Source of the DNA: Planctomycetes bacterium GWF2_41_51
Lineage (GTDB): Bacteria > Planctomycetota > Phycisphaerae > Sedimentisphaerales > UBA12454
Reading direction: 5' to 3'
Length of the DNA: 64,000 nucleotides
NCBI GenBank assembly: GCA_001825665.1
Contig: MHXZ01000052.1
Coordinates: 5,574 to 69,573 of the forward strand
Both the position numbers and the translations under genes were made by a program. Below, piece after piece: positions 9,158 through 18,966 of this stretch (position 1 is its first letter; each line of letters starts with the position of its first letter). Below the pieces are notes generated by a model. That model made no database searches, was not told the origin of the DNA, and saw only the letters and a program-made list of their open reading frames with translations.

Positions 9158-11467
9158 ATGAATTTTATCAGAAAAAAAATCAAGGTACAGGGACAGGTAC
9201 AGGGAATTGGTTTTAGACCCTTTGTGTTCAGACTTGCGGGCAAACATAAACTCACAGGCTTTGTTTTTAATTATACAGAGGGTGTAATCATTGAAATTCA
9301 GGGCAGCCAATCAAACATCGATAATTTCCTCGATAGATTAAAAAACGCTCACCTGGAAAATGCTCTTATAAAAATTAAATCACTTGAAACGTTAGATATA
9401 GAATCAATCGAAGATGAAAAAGATTTCGAAATAAAGCAAAGCAAATCGTCAGGCGCAATCAGCGCAGAAGTAACGGCAGATATAGCAACCTGCAAAGATT
9501 GCCTGCGGGAGCTGTTTGATGAAAATGATTTTCGATACCGCTACCCATTCATAAACTGCACAAACTGCGGCCCCCGATATTCCATCATAAAAACAATACC
9601 TTATGACCGGCCTAACACAACAATGTCCGCGTTCAAAATGTGCGATAAATGCAAACAGCAATATGAAGATGTCGCAGACAGACGCTTCCACGCGCAGCCT
9701 GTTGCCTGCCCAACCTGCGGACCGAAAATTTATCTTTGCGACAGTAATGACAAAATCATCGAAGACAACTGCGACAAAGTTATTGCAAAAACCGTGCAGT
9801 TTTTGAAGGACGGAAAAATCGCGGCAATCAAAGGCCTCGGCGGTTTTCATCTTGCCTGCGATGCCGAAAACGAGCAAACTGTGAAAACTCTCCGCAGCAG
9901 AAAAATGCGAGATGCAAAGCCATTCGCCATGATGGCAGAAATGGAAAATATAAAACGATTTGCAGATGTCAGTGAACAAGCGGAAAAAATACTTAGAAGC
10001 ATTGAATCGCCAATTGTGCTTCTGCCGAAAAAGCAGCCAAATACAATAGCATCATCTGTCGCAAAAGGTGTGAGCACTTTCGGCTTTATGCTGCCATACA
10101 CTCCGCTGCATCATTTGATATTCGCAGAAAAAAAATTAAACGCGCTCGTTATGACAAGCGGAAATATTTCAGATGAGCCTTTAATTTGTAAAGACGACCA
10201 GGCGATTTCGAAACTCGGCGGCATCGCAGATATATTTTTGATGCACAATCGTGAAATCTACAGGCAGGTCGATGATTCCATCCTTCATATTATCGCAAAT
10301 GAGCCTGCTCTGCTTCGCCGTTCGAGAGGTTTTGTACCCCAGCCTATAAATTTCAAAAATCCTTCTTCAGTGGATATTTTCGCTGCCGGTTCAGATTTGA
10401 AAAATACATTTTGCCTTGTTAAGAAAAATAGATTTATCGTAAGCGAACACATCGGCGATATGGAAGATTCGAGTGTTTACAAACACTGGCTTAGTTCCAT
10501 CGAGCATCTGAAAAAACTCATCGATGTCAATCCCAAAGTTGTCACATGCGATATTCATCCGGGTTATTTTTCAAGTCAGCACGCCAGAAAATTAAAAGCC
10601 GATATGACTATCGAAGTCCAGCATCACTGGGCACACATCGCTTCAGTATTGGCAGAAAACGATATGAATGAGACAGTCATCGGCCTTGTCGCTGATGGAA
10701 CAGGCTATGGAACAGACGGCGCGATTTGGGGCTGCGAATGCCTTATCGCCTCACTTGATGAGTTCCGGCGTTTCGCACATCTTGCGTATTATCCTCTCCC
10801 CGGCGGAGACCTCGCATCAAAAGAAGCAATTCGGCCATTGCTGGGCCTTATGAAAAAATATAACCTTTCTGTCCCGCAAAGCGTCCTCGATGAAATCGAG
10901 CCTGACCCAAAGAAACGTCAAACTATAGAACTTCAAATCGACAAAAATATAAATACTGTACAAACTTCGAGCCTCGGCAGGCTTTTCGATGCCGTTGCTG
11001 CCCTTTGTGGTCTTGGCAGTTATAATCAATTTGAAGCCCAACTTCCAATGGCTCTCGAATCCATAGCGAATATCAAAATAAAAGAAAACTACCCCTTTGA
11101 ATTGATAGACGAGAATGGAATCATTTCTATAGGAATAAAGGAAATGCTCGAATCAATTATTAAAGAACGATTATCAGGAGTTACACCTAATGTTATTTCC
11201 TCAAAGTTCCATAATACAATCGCTGAATTTTTGAGTGAACTTGCTAAAAAGGCATCCGAAAAAACCGGCATTAAAGCTACCGCAATTAGCGGTGGAGTTT
11301 TCTGCAACAGATTTCTTTCGGAAAGGCTGATTGAAATGTTGCAAAAAAATGGCTTTACTGTATTATTTAATCGGCTTCTACCGGCCAATGATGGTTGTGT
11401 TTCGCTTGGGCAGGCCGCGATTGCGGCATCTGTTTTCGCTAAAACCTCGGCTGGAAAAAAGCCCTAA
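9158..11467 (+). CDS. hypF: [NiFe]-hydrogenase maturation carbamoyltransferase HypF
   Basis: Acylphosphatase-like N-terminus, two CxxC...CxxC zinc fingers (CKDC..CTNCGPRY, CDKC..CPTCGP), then YrdC-like and Kae1-like regions. 769 aa. Confidence 0.95.
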   Translation: MNFIRKKIKVQGQVQGIGFRPFVFRLAGKHKLTGFVFNYTEGVIIEIQGSQSNIDNFLDRLKNAHLENALIKIKSLETLDIESIEDEKDFEIKQSKSSGAISAEVTADIATCKDCLRELFDENDFRYRYPFINCTNCGPRYSIIKTIPYDRPNTTMSAFKMCDKCKQQYEDVADRRFHAQPVACPTCGPKIYLCDSNDKIIEDNCDKVIAKTVQFLKDGKIAAIKGLGGFHLACDAENEQTVKTLRSRKMRDAKPFAMMAEMENIKRFADVSEQAEKILRSIESPIVLLPKKQPNTIASSVAKGVSTFGFMLPYTPLHHLIFAEKKLNALVMTSGNISDEPLICKDDQAISKLGGIADIFLMHNREIYRQVDDSILHIIANEPALLRRSRGFVPQPINFKNPSSVDIFAAGSDLKNTFCLVKKNRFIVSEHIGDMEDSSVYKHWLSSIEHLKKLIDVNPKVVTCDIHPGYFSSQHARKLKADMTIEVQHHWAHIASVLAENDMNETVIGLVADGTGYGTDGAIWGCECLIASLDEFRRFAHLAYYPLPGGDLASKEAIRPLLGLMKKYNLSVPQSVLDEIEPDPKKRQTIELQIDKNINTVQTSSLGRLFDAVAALCGLGSYNQFEAQLPMALESIANIKIKENYPFELIDENGIISIGIKEMLESIIKERLSGVTPNVISSKFHNTIAEFLSELAKKASEKTGIKATAISGGVFCNRFLSERLIEMLQKNGFTVLFNRLLPANDGCVSLGQAAIAASVFAKTSAGKKP

Positions 11468-11484
11468 AGAAGAAAGGATCAGTT

Positions 11485-11727
11485 ATGTGCCTTGCGGTAC
11501 CTGCAAGAATTATTGAATTAAAAGGCGATGACGCCGTCGCGGACGCTATCGGAAATCACATTAAAGCAAAAACCTCACTTGTGCCGGACGTCAAAATTGG
11601 CGATATTGTTCTCATCCACGCCGGATTCGCTATTGCGGTTCTCGACGAGGAAGAAGCAAAAAAAACATGGCAGCTTCTTGAAGAGCTTGATAATTTTCAA
11701 AAAACAGATAGTGTAGTCTCAGGATAA
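11485..11727 (+). CDS. hypC: hydrogenase assembly chaperone HypC/HupF
   Basis: Starts MCLAVPARI (the invariant Cys2 motif). 80 aa. Confidence 0.9.
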   Translation: MCLAVPARIIELKGDDAVADAIGNHIKAKTSLVPDVKIGDIVLIHAGFAIAVLDEEEAKKTWQLLEELDNFQKTDSVVSG

Positions 11728-11756
11728 ATTGATTAGGATTATTTAAGGGGCAGGAA

Positions 11757-12131
11757 ATGGCTAAGAAACTTGAAATTTACAAGTGCATAGAATGCGGAAA
11801 CGTTATCGAAGTTACTCATGGCGGAGGCGGCGAGCTTGTTTGCTGCGGTCAGCCGATGAAGCTTTTCGTCGAAAATACAAGTGACGGCGCAAAAGAGAAA
11901 CATGTGCCGGTAATTGAAAAAATCGACGGCGGATATAAAGTTAAAATTGGCTCGATTAATCACCCGATGGAAGAAAAGCATTACATCGAGTGGATTGAGA
12001 TTCAGGCCGATGGAAAAGTTTATAAACAGTATTTGACTCCCGGGCAAACACCCGAGGCAATATTTAAAATAGATGCAGTAAATGTAACAGCAAGAGAGTA
12101 CTGTAATCTCCATGGTTTGTGGAAAGCATAA
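11757..12131 (+). CDS. dfx: desulfoferrodoxin (2Fe superoxide reductase)
   Basis: N-terminal desulforedoxin motif CxxC...CC ([16 protein letters not shown]), plus EKHVPVIE and a C-terminal Cys. Confidence 0.9.
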   Translation: MAKKLEIYKCIECGNVIEVTHGGGGELVCCGQPMKLFVENTSDGAKEKHVPVIEKIDGGYKVKIGSINHPMEEKHYIEWIEIQADGKVYKQYLTPGQTPEAIFKIDAVNVTAREYCNLHGLWKA

Positions 12132-12156
12132 AGCTGTTTTTTAAAAGGGGAAAAAA

Positions 12157-12663
12157 ATGATAAGTGAAAAAATGGTAAAAGCTTTGAACGACCAGGTCAA
12201 TGCCGAATTGTATTCAGCGTATATCTATTATGCGATGCAGGCATATTTCCACTCTGTTAATCTCAATGGTTTCGCCAATTGGATGAACGTCCAGACAAAA
12301 GAGGAAATGTCTCACGCGGCGAAAATCTTCGATTTTCTCAATGAACGAAATGCCCGCGTCGAACTGGCAGCGATTGAAAAACCCCAGAAAGACTGGAAAA
12401 ATGCTCTTGATGTTTTCGAAGCTGCTTACAAACACGAACAATACGTAACCGGCAGAATCAATTGTCTTACGGAGTTGGCTAAAAACGAGAAAGATTATGC
12501 AACTGAAAGTTTCCTTAAATGGTACATCGATGAGCAGGTCGAAGAGGAAGCAAACGCCTTAAAAATTGTCGAAATGCTGAAAATGGCAAAAGATTCGACC
12601 GGCGCTCTGCTGATGCTTGACCATCAGCTCGCGAAAAGAAAATTCGCCGAAGAAAACGATTAA
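12157..12663 (+). CDS. ferritin
   Basis: 168 aa. Ferroxidase residues (ELYSAYIY, EEMSHA) resemble those of bacterial non-haem ferritin. Confidence 0.85.
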   Translation: MISEKMVKALNDQVNAELYSAYIYYAMQAYFHSVNLNGFANWMNVQTKEEMSHAAKIFDFLNERNARVELAAIEKPQKDWKNALDVFEAAYKHEQYVTGRINCLTELAKNEKDYATESFLKWYIDEQVEEEANALKIVEMLKMAKDSTGALLMLDHQLAKRKFAEEND

Positions 12664-12679
12664 TTAGACAGGATGAATT

Positions 12680-13174
12680 ATGGCAGTAAATTTTACAGCT
12701 TTGGAAGTTCTCGAAATCGCCGAGCAGCTTGAGCGAAACGCGGCTAAATTTTATCGAGATGCCTCAATGGCGGCAAAAAGCAAAGATATTCAAAAACTTT
12801 TCTTTACGCTTGCCGAAATGGAAGACAAACACAAAAAAATATTTGCCGAGATGCTTGCAGATTATCAGCAAAACACGCAAGCAAATATTGTTGACCCGGA
12901 CAATGAAATGCTGTTTTATATGAATGCGATGGCTAAAAACGCCGGCTGGGAAGGAAAAGCAGCTCCGAAGATGGTGTTCAAAGGAAACGAAACACCCGCC
13001 GAAGTTTTAAACAGCGCATTAAAAGCCGAACAGGCTTCCATCGATTTCTATCTGGGGATTAAGGAATTTGTTAAATCCCAAAGCGACAAGGAAAAAGTCG
13101 AGCAGATTATTAAAGAAGAAATGACTCATGTTGTCTATTTACAGAAAAACCTTGAACAAATAAATAAATTATAG
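12680..13174 (+). CDS. rubrerythrin/ferritin-like diiron protein (no rubredoxin domain)
   Basis: Two ExxH motifs (EDKH, EMTH) in a predicted four-helix protein of 164 aa. Confidence 0.7.
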   Translation: MAVNFTALEVLEIAEQLERNAAKFYRDASMAAKSKDIQKLFFTLAEMEDKHKKIFAEMLADYQQNTQANIVDPDNEMLFYMNAMAKNAGWEGKAAPKMVFKGNETPAEVLNSALKAEQASIDFYLGIKEFVKSQSDKEKVEQIIKEEMTHVVYLQKNLEQINKL

Positions 13175-13194
13175 AACTGTAAAAGGAACCAGCT

Positions 13195-13359
13195 ATGCAA
13201 AAATACCAATGTCTTCTATGCAGTTACATCTATGACCCTGAAGTCGGCGACCCGGACAACGGTGTTGAACCGGGTACTGAATTTGCGGATTTGCCCGATG
13301 ATTGGGTATGTCCTGAATGCGGCGCTTCAAAGGATGAATTCGAACCCTTTAACGAATAA
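13195..13359 (+). CDS. rubredoxin
   Basis: Hand translation gives [54 protein letters not shown]. It has both CxxC knuckles and the DWxCPxCG motif. At 54 aa it is below the ORF-track cutoff. Confidence 0.9.
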   Translation: MQKYQCLLCSYIYDPEVGDPDNGVEPGTEFADLPDDWVCPECGASKDEFEPFNE

Positions 13360-13374
13360 TTAGAAGAATTCCGA

Positions 13375-14898
13375 ATGGAAAAAATTTGTCCATCGGTAAC
13401 TGACGTCAAAAAAACTTGTGATGAATCGCCGGCCCCGCCGGGATGCTTTATAGTTTTTGGCGCATCCGGCGATTTAACCACAAGAAAACTCATTCCAGCC
13501 CTTGCAAATCTTTTCAAAAGAGGCCTTCTCAATAAAGGATTTTTCTTCCTCGGCTGCGGACGAACTGAAATGTCCGATGAGGATATGAGAAAATCAGCCG
13601 CCGACTCTATTACAGGCATACTCGACAATCCTCAGCAATTTTTAAGTCATTTCTATTATGTCAGCGGCGAATACGATGACCCGAATTTCTATGCCGCAAT
13701 CGGAAAAAAACTCGAAGAAATTGAAAAAAAATATCCCGGAAAATTAGGCAGAGTTTTTTATCTTTCTCTTCCGCCCATGCTCTATGAAAAAGTAGTAGTA
13801 AATCTCGGCCAATCCGGGCTTAACAAAAATGGCAATACTTTTGTCAGGCTTGTAGTTGAAAAACCCTTCGGCCGCGACCTTGCAAGCGCAGACAAACTCA
13901 ATAATTCCATAAGCCAATGGTTTGATGAAAATCAGATATACCGTATTGACCATTATCTTGGAAAAGATACCGTTCAGAATATCCTGATGTTCCGGTTTGC
14001 AAATTCCATTTTCGAGCCGGTATGGAATCGCAACTACATAGACAACGTTCAAATCACAATTGCCGAATCGCTCGGAATTGAATCCCGCGGAAGTTATTAC
14101 GACAAAAGCGGCGCCCTTCGAGACATGTTCGTAAACCACATGTTAAGTATGCTTTCGCTTGTAACAATGGAACCGCCTGCATCCTTCGAGACCGAACGCA
14201 TCAGGGACGAAAAAATAAAAGTCATTCGAAGTATTCGCCCCCAAAATCTTTCACCCGATTCAGGCAATGTCGTCAGAGGCCAATACACAGCAGGAGTTAT
14301 CGATGGCAAAGAAGTGCCCGCTTATCGAGATGAGGCAAACGTTGACAAAAAATCCAATACCGAAACTTTTGTTGCCGCAAGAGTTTTCATAGATAACTGG
14401 CGATGGAGAGACGTGCCCTTTTATCTGCGAACCGGCAAACGCCTTGCAAAACGCGTAACTGAAATCGCAATCACTTTCAAAAAACCTCCGCACCTTGTTT
14501 TCGCTTCGGTGGGAATCAGCGATTTACCTTCCAATGTAATAATAATGAAAATTCAGCCGATGGAAGGCATAAAAATATTCTTCGAGGCAAAAAGTCCCGG
14601 CACTAAATTATGCATCGGTACACTTGAAATGGATTTTAACTATGCTGAAATTTTTGGCTCCGAACCGCCCGATGCTTATCAAAGACTTCTGCTCGATTGT
14701 GTGCAAGGCGACCAGACTCTTTTTACAAGAATTGACGATGTAACGCTCGCATGGAGTCTTGTCGATAATCTCCTGAAAGATTGGCAGACCGGCAATTCCC
14801 AGCCATTTCTATATCCAGCGGGAAGTGAAAGTTTCCCCCAGGCCGATGAATTAATCCAGAAAGACCACCGCTGCTGGCGAAATATCACCAAAATGTAA
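13375..14898 (+). CDS. zwf: glucose-6-phosphate dehydrogenase
   Basis: GASGDLTxRK dinucleotide motif and the RIDHYLGKD active-site motif. 507 aa. Confidence 0.92.
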   Translation: MEKICPSVTDVKKTCDESPAPPGCFIVFGASGDLTTRKLIPALANLFKRGLLNKGFFFLGCGRTEMSDEDMRKSAADSITGILDNPQQFLSHFYYVSGEYDDPNFYAAIGKKLEEIEKKYPGKLGRVFYLSLPPMLYEKVVVNLGQSGLNKNGNTFVRLVVEKPFGRDLASADKLNNSISQWFDENQIYRIDHYLGKDTVQNILMFRFANSIFEPVWNRNYIDNVQITIAESLGIESRGSYYDKSGALRDMFVNHMLSMLSLVTMEPPASFETERIRDEKIKVIRSIRPQNLSPDSGNVVRGQYTAGVIDGKEVPAYRDEANVDKKSNTETFVAARVFIDNWRWRDVPFYLRTGKRLAKRVTEIAITFKKPPHLVFASVGISDLPSNVIIMKIQPMEGIKIFFEAKSPGTKLCIGTLEMDFNYAEIFGSEPPDAYQRLLLDCVQGDQTLFTRIDDVTLAWSLVDNLLKDWQTGNSQPFLYPAGSESFPQADELIQKDHRCWRNITKM

Positions 14899-14988
14899 CA
14901 CTACCGTTGCGAGAAGTCTTGCCTTTTAGGCAAAGCAACGAAGCAATCTCAGTGATTAAAAATATTTTTATTTTTTTTAAGAAACATA

Positions 14989-15016
14989 TTGACTTATGTC
15001 GAAGTAAGACTAATAT
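14989..15016 (+). promoter_or_regulatory. candidate sigma70 promoter of the rrf2-hcp operon
   Basis: TTGACT, a 16-nt spacer, then TAATAT. Confidence 0.5.
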
Positions 15017-15018
15017 AG

Positions 15019-15032
15019 TCCTACTTGTAGGA
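15019..15032 (+). promoter_or_regulatory. palindromic candidate operator TCCTAC-TT-GTAGGA
   Basis: Perfect 6+6 inverted repeat immediately downstream of the predicted -10, in front of an Rrf2-family regulator gene. Confidence 0.4.
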
Positions 15033-15033
15033 A

Positions 15034-15441
15034 TTGAAACTAATTGTGGATGTAATAAGACGAAATACTGATTATGCGATGCGGCTGGTTGTAGGCCTCG
15101 TAGGAAACTATGATAAAACTCCGGTTTCAGCAAGACAGCTCGCCAAAAATCAGGATGTGCCTTACGATCTTGCATGCAAACTGCTCCAGAAATTAGCCTC
15201 GGCCGAACTGGTGAAAAGCAGTATGGGCGCAAGCGGCGGTTTTGAGTTGGCCAAAGCTCCGGACAAAATAAGTCTTTATGAAATCGTAAAGGCGGTTCAG
15301 GGTGGTATTTGTCTTAATCGCTGCGTCCCGGATCCCAAAAGTTGTCCAAACAGTTGTTCCTGCGGAATAAGCAAAAAGCTGATTGATTTGCAGGACTATA
15401 TAGATGAATACTTGAAAAAAATAATGTTGAGTAATTTATAA
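15034..15441 (+). CDS. Rrf2-family transcriptional regulator (Cys-rich, probably Fe-S sensing)
   Basis: The N-terminal winged helix (TDYAMRLVVGL..SARQLA) is typical of Rrf2. The C-terminal Cys cluster is CLNRCVPDPKSCPNSCSC. The start is uncertain: TTG 15034 or GTG 15046. Confidence 0.8.
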   Translation: MKLIVDVIRRNTDYAMRLVVGLVGNYDKTPVSARQLAKNQDVPYDLACKLLQKLASAELVKSSMGASGGFELAKAPDKISLYEIVKAVQGGICLNRCVPDPKSCPNSCSCGISKKLIDLQDYIDEYLKKIMLSNL

Positions 15442-15462
15442 AAACAAATGAAAGGAAAAATT

Positions 15463-16746
15463 ATGTTTTGTTATCAATGTGAACAGGCAGCAGGTGGAAC
15501 AGGTTGTACAAAAGTTGGTGTTTGCGGAAAAGACCCCGATATCCAGAGCCTTCAGGATACACTCATTTTCGGCCTTAAAGGCATAGCAGCTTATGCTTAT
15601 CATTCAAAAGAGCTTGGAAAAAGCGATCCGGAAGTGGACGCTTTCATGCACGAAGCCCTTTTCGCTACTTTGACCAATGTCGATTTTGACCTGAAAAGAT
15701 ATATCGACCTTGTCCTCAAGGCAGGAAAGATGAATTTGAAAACGATGGAAATGCTAAACGATGCGCACGTCGAAAGATTCGGTGCACCTACTCCTGCCGA
15801 AGTTTTCGCAGGCACAAAACCCGGCCCCGGCATCGTTGTTACCGGCCATGACCTGCTCGATTTAATTGAGCTTCTAAAGCAAACCGAAGGAAAAGGCATT
15901 AATATTTACACGCACGGCGAAATGCTTCCATCGCACGGTTATCCCGAATTGAGGAAGTATAAACATCTCGTCGGCCATTACGGAACTGCATGGCAAAATC
16001 AGCGCAAGGAATTCGATGAATTTTCAGGCGCAATGCTCATAACAACAAATTGCGTAATGATTCCCAAAGAAAGCTATAAAGACAGAATGTTTACTTGCGG
16101 CATAGCGGGAGTCGCAGGCGTCGAACATCTCGAAGGTCGTGATTTCAGCAAGGTAATTGATAAAGCCTTGAAGTCAGAGCCTTTGAAGGAAAATAAAGTT
16201 GGAACATTAAACACCGGCTTCCATTACACCGCTGTTCTCGGCCTTGCTGATAAAATTATCGATGCGGTTAAAGCCGGCAAAATAAAACGCTTCTTCTTCA
16301 TCGGCGGCTGCGATGGCGCAAAACCCGGAAGAAACTACTTCTCAAAGATTGCCGAACTTGTACCGCAGGATTGCGTTATCCTGACGGCGGCATGCGGAAA
16401 GTTCAGATTTAATTATAACGATTTTGGAACAATCGACGGCATACCGCGTCTCGTGGACACCGGCCAATGCAACGATTGTTATTCAGCGGTGAAAATCGCG
16501 CTGGCTCTCGCCGAGGCGTTCAAATGCAGCGTAAACGATCTGCCGTTATCCTTCGTCGTTTCCTGGTATGAACAAAAAGCTGTCGCGATTCTGCTTACTC
16601 TGCTTCATCTTGGTGTAAAAAATATCAGGCTTGGGCCATCCCTGCCGGCGTTTGTTTCTCCGAATGTTCTGAACTTCCTCGTTGAAAACTATAACATTAT
16701 GCCGACCGGAGACCCGGAAAAAGACATGGCAGACATGCTCGGATAA
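15463..16746 (+). CDS. hcp: hybrid-cluster protein / hydroxylamine reductase, short form
   Basis: Starts MFCYQCEQ, with a CxxC..C..C N-terminal cluster motif. About 427 aa, the short class-III-like length. The ATG at 15463 is preferred over 15448. Confidence 0.9.
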   Translation: MFCYQCEQAAGGTGCTKVGVCGKDPDIQSLQDTLIFGLKGIAAYAYHSKELGKSDPEVDAFMHEALFATLTNVDFDLKRYIDLVLKAGKMNLKTMEMLNDAHVERFGAPTPAEVFAGTKPGPGIVVTGHDLLDLIELLKQTEGKGINIYTHGEMLPSHGYPELRKYKHLVGHYGTAWQNQRKEFDEFSGAMLITTNCVMIPKESYKDRMFTCGIAGVAGVEHLEGRDFSKVIDKALKSEPLKENKVGTLNTGFHYTAVLGLADKIIDAVKAGKIKRFFFIGGCDGAKPGRNYFSKIAELVPQDCVILTAACGKFRFNYNDFGTIDGIPRLVDTGQCNDCYSAVKIALALAEAFKCSVNDLPLSFVVSWYEQKAVAILLTLLHLGVKNIRLGPSLPAFVSPNVLNFLVENYNIMPTGDPEKDMADMLG

Positions 16747-16755
16747 AAGTTAATA

Positions 16756-16785
16756 AGGGCGGGCGTTTGTCCGCCCTTTAATTTT
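16756..16785 (+). terminator. intrinsic terminator after hcp
   Basis: AGGGCGG...CCGCCCT stem followed by TTTAATTTT. Confidence 0.7.
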
Positions 16786-16801
16786 CTGCTAAGGATTAAA
16801 A

Positions 16802-17146
16802 ATGAAAACTGAAAAAAATACTGTTCTGCAAAATTGCCTGGCAAAAGCCGCCGACCTCAATAGCCTTGTCGAATATGCTAACGATTCTGTCGTAAGTAAA
16901 ACGATAATCGATAAATCTGTCGGCACAGTAACTCTCTTTGCCTTCGACGCAGGTCAGGGCCTAAGTGAACATCAGGCTCCGTACGATGCACTCGTACAGA
17001 TTGTCGATGGCTCTGCGATTCTAACCATCGGCGGAAAAGATGTAAACGCAAAGGCGGGCGAAATTGTAATCATGCCCGCCAATATCCCGCACTCTGTGCA
17101 GGCAAAAGATAAATTCAAAATGTTGTTAATTATGATTAGAGCTTAA
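16802..17146 (+). CDS. cupin domain protein
   Basis: 114 aa. Cupin motifs GLSEHQAPYD and GEIVIMPANIPHSV. Confidence 0.75.
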   Translation: MKTEKNTVLQNCLAKAADLNSLVEYANDSVVSKTIIDKSVGTVTLFAFDAGQGLSEHQAPYDALVQIVDGSAILTIGGKDVNAKAGEIVIMPANIPHSVQAKDKFKMLLIMIRA

Positions 17147-17188
17147 TAAAATGTAGGGTGGGCTTCAGCCCGCGCGGATGTATAAAAT

Positions 17189-17926
17189 ATGAGTATAAGA
17201 AACATAGTAAAAATTGATGAAGATAAATGTAACGGCTGCGGCCAGTGTGTAACCGCCTGTGCCGAAGGCGCGATAAAATTAATAAACGGTAAAGCAAAAC
17301 TTGTCAGCGAAACATACTGCGATGGCCTTGGCGCATGCCTTGGCCATTGCCCTATGGACGCGATTACCGTCGAAAAAAGACAATGCGCTGATTTCAACGA
17401 AGAGGCAGTGAAAAAACATCTCGAAAAAGAGAAAAAACCTTCACCTGTGCAGTCTCATTCACATCCTCATCCGCATGGTTTCGTTTGCCCCGGCACTCTT
17501 GCCAAACAGTTCGAAAAAAAACAATCCGCTCAGGGCGATACAACATCACAGCTCACCCATTGGCCTGTCCAGCTTAGTCTTATTTCGCCTGTCGCTCCGT
17601 TCCTTAAAGACGCTGATTTACTTTTGACCGCTGATTGCGTTCCGTTTGCGATGGGCGATTTCCACAGCAAAATGCTCAAAGACCATAAAGTCATAATCGC
17701 CTGTCCAAAGCTGGATGATGTTGAGCCGTACATAGAAAAACTTTCAGAAATGTTTAGTTCCGCCGGCATAAAAAGCATAAAGGTCGTCCACATGGAAGTG
17801 CCCTGCTGCTTCGGCCTGACGCGTCTCGTTCAGCAGGCAATCGCAAACACCGGCAAACAAATGGAATTCGAAGACATTACTATCGGCCTTGATGGCCAAA
17901 TCAGAAAAAAAGAAATACTGAAATAA
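17189..17926 (+). CDS. 4Fe-4S dicluster domain protein with His-rich linker
   Basis: CNGCGQCVTACAEGA and CDGLGACLGHCP ferredoxin motifs, an HSHPHPHG linker and a C-terminal CC motif. Confidence 0.75.
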   Translation: MSIRNIVKIDEDKCNGCGQCVTACAEGAIKLINGKAKLVSETYCDGLGACLGHCPMDAITVEKRQCADFNEEAVKKHLEKEKKPSPVQSHSHPHPHGFVCPGTLAKQFEKKQSAQGDTTSQLTHWPVQLSLISPVAPFLKDADLLLTADCVPFAMGDFHSKMLKDHKVIIACPKLDDVEPYIEKLSEMFSSAGIKSIKVVHMEVPCCFGLTRLVQQAIANTGKQMEFEDITIGLDGQIRKKEILK

Positions 17927-17954
17927 AACAGGCGAATATCGCCGAGGTTTTAAA

Positions 17955-18962
17955 ATGGATTATTTTAAATCCTTTATTATAGATTTTTGGGCTACGGTTG
18001 GCGAAATGAGTCCGTATCTTTTATTCGGCTTCGCAGTTGCGGGCCTGCTAAAAGTTTTAATTCCGACAAGTTTCGTACAAAGGCATTTGGGGGGAAGAGG
18101 TATTTGGCCGGTACTCAAATCATCGTTGTTCGGCGTACCTCTGCCTTTGTGCAGTTGCGGCGTAATTCCCGTCTCAATGTCTCTGCACAAACGCGGCGCA
18201 AGCAAAGGCGCCACTACCGCATTTCTTCTCAGCACTCCTCAAACCGGCGTTGACAGTCTTTTCGTAACATATAGTTTGCTCGGCCCCGTCTTCACAATTG
18301 CTCGTCCAATCATCGCTTTAATCACCGGCATAATCGGTGGAAGCGCAGTTGATTTGCTCGACCATCAGCAAAAAAAAGATTTCCAGCTCGACCGCGAACA
18401 GCATGTCTCCCACGGCGGATATTTCAAATTAGGTTTTAGACATGCATTCATTGTTCTCCCCAAAGACATCGGCACGGAAATGCTCATCGGTCTTGTCATC
18501 GCTTCGTTAATTTCTGTTGCCCTGCCTGATAATTTCTTCGCCGATAAAATCGGAACCGGAATAGGCTCAATGCTTTTTATGATGTTTGTCGGTATCCCGC
18601 TTTATGTTTGCGCAACCGCGTCAGTTCCTATTGCCGCAGCTCTTATCGCCAAAGGTCTCTCCCCCGGCGCCGCTCTTGTTTTTTTAATCACCGGCCCGGA
18701 AAGCAACGCCGCCGCAATTACAACTATCTGGAAGGTCCTCGGCCATCGCACCGCAATTATCTATCTGCTTACGGTTATAATTTGCGCTCTCGCATCCGGC
18801 CTATTGCTCAATACAGCTTTCACAAACTTAGGCAGCCAAATCAAAAGTCATTATCACGAAATGTCTACAACCCCCATCGAACATATCAGCGCAATAGTTT
18901 TGCTGGCTATCCTTTCCTGGGGAATGTTTAAAAGATACCACAAGAAAAAAATTAAAAACTAA
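17955..18962 (+). CDS. permease (ArsP/DUF318-like; putative metal or metalloid efflux permease)
   Basis: 335-aa polytopic protein with the LPLCSCGVIP motif characteristic of this permease family. Confidence 0.65.
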   Translation: MDYFKSFIIDFWATVGEMSPYLLFGFAVAGLLKVLIPTSFVQRHLGGRGIWPVLKSSLFGVPLPLCSCGVIPVSMSLHKRGASKGATTAFLLSTPQTGVDSLFVTYSLLGPVFTIARPIIALITGIIGGSAVDLLDHQQKKDFQLDREQHVSHGGYFKLGFRHAFIVLPKDIGTEMLIGLVIASLISVALPDNFFADKIGTGIGSMLFMMFVGIPLYVCATASVPIAAALIAKGLSPGAALVFLITGPESNAAAITTIWKVLGHRTAIIYLLTVIICALASGLLLNTAFTNLGSQIKSHYHEMSTTPIEHISAIVLLAILSWGMFKRYHKKKIKN

Positions 18963-18966
18963 AATT

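Noticed and set aside
9449-9979. 176-aa minus-strand ORF inside hypF
   Set aside because: It is antisense to the zinc-finger and YrdC-like part of HypF and has no independent support.
13230-13628. 132-aa minus-strand ORF listed in the ORF track
   Set aside because: It lies antisense to the clearly conserved rubredoxin and the zwf 5' end. Its translation is Ser/Pro-rich and of low complexity. It is a shadow ORF.
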